Shown piece by piece: positions 60,581-64,000 of a stretch of DNA of 64,000 nt. Origin of the DNA: a virus. Lineage: Duplodnaviria; Caudoviricetes. How positions within the stretch are numbered: the first letter of the stretch is position 1; every line of letters begins with the position of its first letter. Both the position numbers and the translations under genes were made by a program. The DNA lies in IMG/VR virus record IMGVR_UViG_3300032038_000041, positions 30,412-94,411 of that record, one strand, 5' to 3'. A model generated the notes under the pieces. It saw only the letters and a list, made by a program, of their open reading frames with translations. It made no database searches and was not told the DNA's origin.

Positions 60581-60788
60581 TATCTTCTACTACTTTAAAC
60601 TTTTTTATAAAATCTTCTTTCTCTCTAACATAAACTTTTCCAGAATTGGAGTACATTACTGCTTTAATCCAATTCTTAGAAGAGTCTTTCATTTCACATT
60701 CCCCAAGATACATATACTTATTATCATGGCTTAAGCCAGTAGATCCTGGAGTTTTGTTCTTAAATTCTACAATATCAAACTGTTTCAT
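60573..60788 (-). CDS. small hypothetical protein (DUF1653-like)
   Basis: AVMY..GKVYVREKEDFIKKF. Confidence 0.6.
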   Translation of the reverse strand: MKQFDIVEFKNKTPGSTGLSHDNKYMYLGECEMKDSSKNWIKAVMYSNSGKVYVREKEDFIKKFKVVEDNV

Positions 60789-60835
60789 ATTTTATTAAAG
60801 GAGAAGTATTTCTCAACTCCTCCCTTTTATTATAT

Positions 60836-63018
60836 TTATACATTTCTATGGAATCTAACTTTAATACTTGAGAGATCCTTAACCATATTACATCCCTGTT
60901 CAAGGATAAATCTATAATATGGATCATCAACTAATTGAATACTCTGTTCAATTTGATCTCTTGTCATATCACAGCTAGCATTAAGCTCCTTACAATTCAT
61001 TATTTTGTCGTATATCTTTAAAATACTATATGCATCGCCAGAATATTCTATAGTATCTTTATCAATCTGTTTCATTTCTTTTGCAGTTTCATATGAATAA
61101 CCTGACAAAAGGTCGAACAATAGAAAGATTTTAGGACCTATTTTTGCGCAATATTCCGTATAATTCTTATCATAGAATTCTCTCATATCAAAAATTTTTG
61201 ATACAGGAACATAGTTAGTATTGGAATCCGCTTCATTCACATAAGTTCACTACGCTTATGCCGGGATAAACTCCCTGCTACCAGTCTCCTGATAGACTAG
61301 ACTATATCATCAAAGGTTATATACTTCCTTTGCCTACTGTTTCGAATATCAATCGTTTATATTCTACTCTCTTTCGAGATAGTCGTTGAGTAAATTGCAG
61401 ATTAGTAGTAGTCAACTATTAATCTTTTATTGATTTTTCTTTAATCTTCCTAGTCTGTAACTAGGATTATTTTGAAGAAATTTCTCTTTTTCTTTTTCAG
61501 GAATTCTAATTTCTTTAGTTCCGTTATTAACTAAAACTTTTTTAGGAGCTCTATATTTTCCTCGTTTTCTTCTTGGACCTTCAATTCTTCCTATAAATTT
61601 AAATTCAGAATATTCTTTAGTACCTAATAAGTTTCTATCTAATAATTTAGAAACTTTTCCATTATTTACCCAAATCTTTCCTTTATTCGGAGAAACCAAG
61701 GAACCTTTTGTGTAACCTAAAGTTTCATACTCTTTAAGATCTTTCGGAAGAATCATTTTACTAGATACTCCATTATTAATCCATATAGTCCCTTTTAAAA
61801 AATCATGTTTACAAGATCCTATATAAAATCCATTGTCTAGAAATCTATCTACGTCTTCAGGATATACGTATATATCATATACTCCATCATTTACACACAC
61901 GGTTCCTTCTTTCCAACCGGGTTTTCCATCAGGAGATACATTATACCCAAAGAGAACAGAATCAAACTTTTTTATAAAATTTGTTTCTTCTATTAGAATT
62001 CTTTCATAGTTCTCTGGTCTATCTTCGTCTTCGATAATTAGCTGAAACTCAGATAAGTAGAGATTCATGTTATGATACATACCGCGACATTTTAATGTAT
62101 TGTTATCTCTGAATAGCATTACATGTCCGTGATGTCTATCATAAAGTCTATTAGGTATTCCGTACTTTGCCGTACCTATATAATTCTTATTTAATCTGCA
62201 ATCATGAATTCTATATAGGATAGAGTTATAGTTTAGCAACTCTTTTGGCAATAGTTCTATACCATTCACTAAATCTTTAAAATTATATACTTCTTTCATT
62301 TTATTTATATTTATTTAAATTGCAATTTACTGCTGATTGACTCTATTTACTGAATTTTTACTATTGTGACTAAATCAATAGTATCAGTAACCTAACGAGT
62401 TGTTCCAGCATCAAGTAGGTTTATTGTACACCATTTTGTTAATGCACACAGATAATTGGTTGTAAAGGAGTTTTCCATCCTTCCTCAAGAGAGACTCGTA
62501 TATTGTTATTAAAACCTCGGGCCATAATCGATGCAGTTCCTCCTTGTATAGGAAGATTAACCCCCAGTCTTTTTATACGAGCTATTAAGTTTTGTCGTTC
62601 TCTTTGAGTTTTTGCTTTTGGAAGATAATCATAGAATTCTCTCACTCTTAGTTTATCACCAAGCATTGTATTTATATATCCATTGTGATTTAGTGGATAT
62701 TCTCCTTGAGTATCTACGTATTCTCGGAGTTTTGGGAAAGATTTATATAACGACTGAATAATATTTTCAGCCTCTTCAACAGATGCATCAAGTCTTTCAG
62801 CTAGACTATTCTTGCCTAAGCCATACAAGACGCCAAGGAAGACAGTTTTGAATTTTTTCCTCCATTTCTTCTGTTGTTTTTTAGTTAACTTCTCCCATCC
62901 TTCCTCACCAAGGTAAAGTTTTGCACTGTATATGTAAATATCTTCACCAGCATTAAACTTAGAAATTAGACCACTGTCCGTGGACGCGTATCCAGCTGCC
63001 TTTACTTCCGCGCTACTA
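60836..63018 (-). CDS. polA: family A DNA polymerase, 3' part (exons 63018-62442 and 61228-60836; upstream exons outside the window)
   Basis: Motif A remainder SSAEVK, motif B RKKFKTVFLGVLYG, NLPIQG, motif C VH|DS restored by splicing. Confidence 0.9.
61229..62441 (-). mobile_element. group I intron, 1213 nt, in PolA motif C, with GIY-YIG homing endonuclease
   Basis: 5' exon UGUGCAU pairs with IGS GUGUACA; P GATGCTGGAA, Q AATCAGCA, R CTCAACGACTA, S GATATAGTC; terminal G. Confidence 0.92.
61427..62299 (-). CDS. intron-encoded GIY-YIG homing endonuclease
   Basis: ILYRI..NYIG, E..FIKKF..GYN; repeated (W/C)(I/V)N(N/D)G DNA-binding modules. Confidence 0.85.
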   Translation of the reverse strand: MKEVYNFKDLVNGIELLPKELLNYNSILYRIHDCRLNKNYIGTAKYGIPNRLYDRHHGHVMLFRDNNTLKCRGMYHNMNLYLSEFQLIIEDEDRPENYERILIEETNFIKKFDSVLFGYNVSPDGKPGWKEGTVCVNDGVYDIYVYPEDVDRFLDNGFYIGSCKHDFLKGTIWINNGVSSKMILPKDLKEYETLGYTKGSLVSPNKGKIWVNNGKVSKLLDRNLLGTKEYSEFKFIGRIEGPRRKRGKYRAPKKVLVNNGTKEIRIPEKEKEKFLQNNPSYRLGRLKKNQ

Positions 63019-63177
63019 CATTGTGTTCGAGAGGTACGTTACTTCTCCCGGTTCTCTTATGAACTCCTGTATGTCTCCATACAGATCAGACTATATCTTA
63101 ATCTCATTTCTGAGATTCTTACCGTTTCCACTTAACGATTTCAAGTGTACTCCCATTATTGGGATAGTCGTTGAGGT

Positions 63178-64000
63178 TTAAGAATTCAATTGGTTAGTCA
63201 GACCAATCTCTTTTATCTTTTCTATAAGGATATCACTATCAGTTATGACTTCAGTAAAATATCCGTTTTCTTTATATACTTCTTTGCTATTAGTGAAGTA
63301 GATTATAGGAATATTATTATTAATAGCATATTCAAATTTCATTTTATCTCTTTCTATACCTTCTTCTGTATAAAGTTTTGAATTTGGATCGAAATGCTGG
63401 CTACCATGATACTCTATAAGTATATTATAATCAGGAAGATAAAAATCATATCTAAGTTTGTGTTTTTTCTTTCCTTTAAGATCTTTGAAAGTTTTTTCAG
63501 AGACATAGTTTATTAAGTTATCATCAAATAATTTTTGTAAACTAATTTCTCCAAAAGATTTTACAGCCGGGAGTAATTCTTCTTGTTCTTCTTTGGTAAA
63601 ACTTTTCAAGAATCTTTTATATCCTCCATAAAATCTTCTCCGAAAATCGTCTCTTGATACTATATTATTTTCTTGTATAAAATCTCTAAAATCATCTATG
63701 GTATTAAGATTAGAGTAGTTACGGACTATTGAAGGTAATAGTTCATTTTGCTCCTCCTCACTGAGAATTTTCAAGAATCTATCATGTCCTCTATAAAATC
63801 TTCTCCGAAAATCGTCTCTTGATACTATATTATTTTCTTGTATAAAATCTCTAAAATCATCTATGGTATTAAAATTAGAGTAGTCATTGATGTTTGAAGG
63901 TAATAGTTCATCTTGTTCCTCCTCACTGAGAATTTTCAAGAATCTTTTATATCCTCCATAAAATCTTCTCCGAAAATCGTCTCTTGATACTATATTATTT
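63178..64000 (-). CDS. intron-encoded endonuclease with 55-aa tandem repeats and C-terminal PD-(D/E)xK-like domain (5' partial)
   Basis: LRYDFYLPDYNILIEYHGSQH...RDKMK; the frame stays open to the window edge. Confidence 0.8.
   Translation of the reverse strand, partial: NNIVSRDDFRRRFYGGYKRFLKILSEEEQDELLPSNINDYSNFNTIDDFRDFIQENNIVSRDDFRRRFYRGHDRFLKILSEEEQNELLPSIVRNYSNLNTIDDFRDFIQENNIVSRDDFRRRFYGGYKRFLKSFTKEEQEELLPAVKSFGEISLQKLFDDNLINYVSEKTFKDLKGKKKHKLRYDFYLPDYNILIEYHGSQHFDPNSKLYTEEGIERDKMKFEYAINNNIPIIYFTNSKEVYKENGYFTEVITDSDILIEKIKEIGLTNQLNS
63570..64000 (-). repeat. 165-bp coding tandem repeat
   Basis: AAATCTTCTCCGAAAATCGTCTCTTGATACTATATTATTT starts at 63631, 63796 and 63961. Confidence 0.92.

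Larger units (their letters stand above)
63019..64000 (-). mobile_element. group I intron (3' part) in PolA motif A
   Basis: R CCTCAACGACTA, S AAGATATAGTC; 3' ~80 nt closely resemble the topoisomerase intron 3' end (GGAGTTCATAAGAGAACC..GAACA.AATG). Confidence 0.88.

Overview
AT-rich segment of a large dsDNA (jumbo-type) bacteriophage read with the standard genetic code, probably infecting an anaerobic Bacteroidota host (inferred from class III RNR, AT-rich leaders without Shine-Dalgarno sites, and promoter style). It carries a core replication and transcription block: ClpC, two-subunit type II topoisomerase, SSB-like protein, 5'-3' exonuclease, a Mre11-Rad50 fusion, thioredoxin, a divergent beta/beta' RNA polymerase, a 2H phosphoesterase, NrdDG, PncB, GroES/GroEL, NAD ligase, dUTPase, ParM-like actin, DnaJ, an MFS transporter and the 3' end of a family A DNA polymerase. 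Two blocks of small hypothetical genes lie among these. Four group I introns interrupt conserved motifs of topoisomerase B, RNAP beta' and PolA (two). The most striking unexplained structure is a repeated cassette: a region rich in GNA mini-hairpins, an AT-rich inverted repeat, a promoter, a ~675-aa SF2-helicase-like gene and a terminator. It occurs as two diverged full copies plus a ~110-bp internally deleted relic. Other highlights are a fixed-spacing bipartite phage promoter, a promoter- and terminator-bounded structured ncRNA, a 46-aa micro-ORF inside the rpoC intron, and an ArfA/BrfA-like ORF with an internal terminator. All pairings and alignments were done by eye and no database searches were run.
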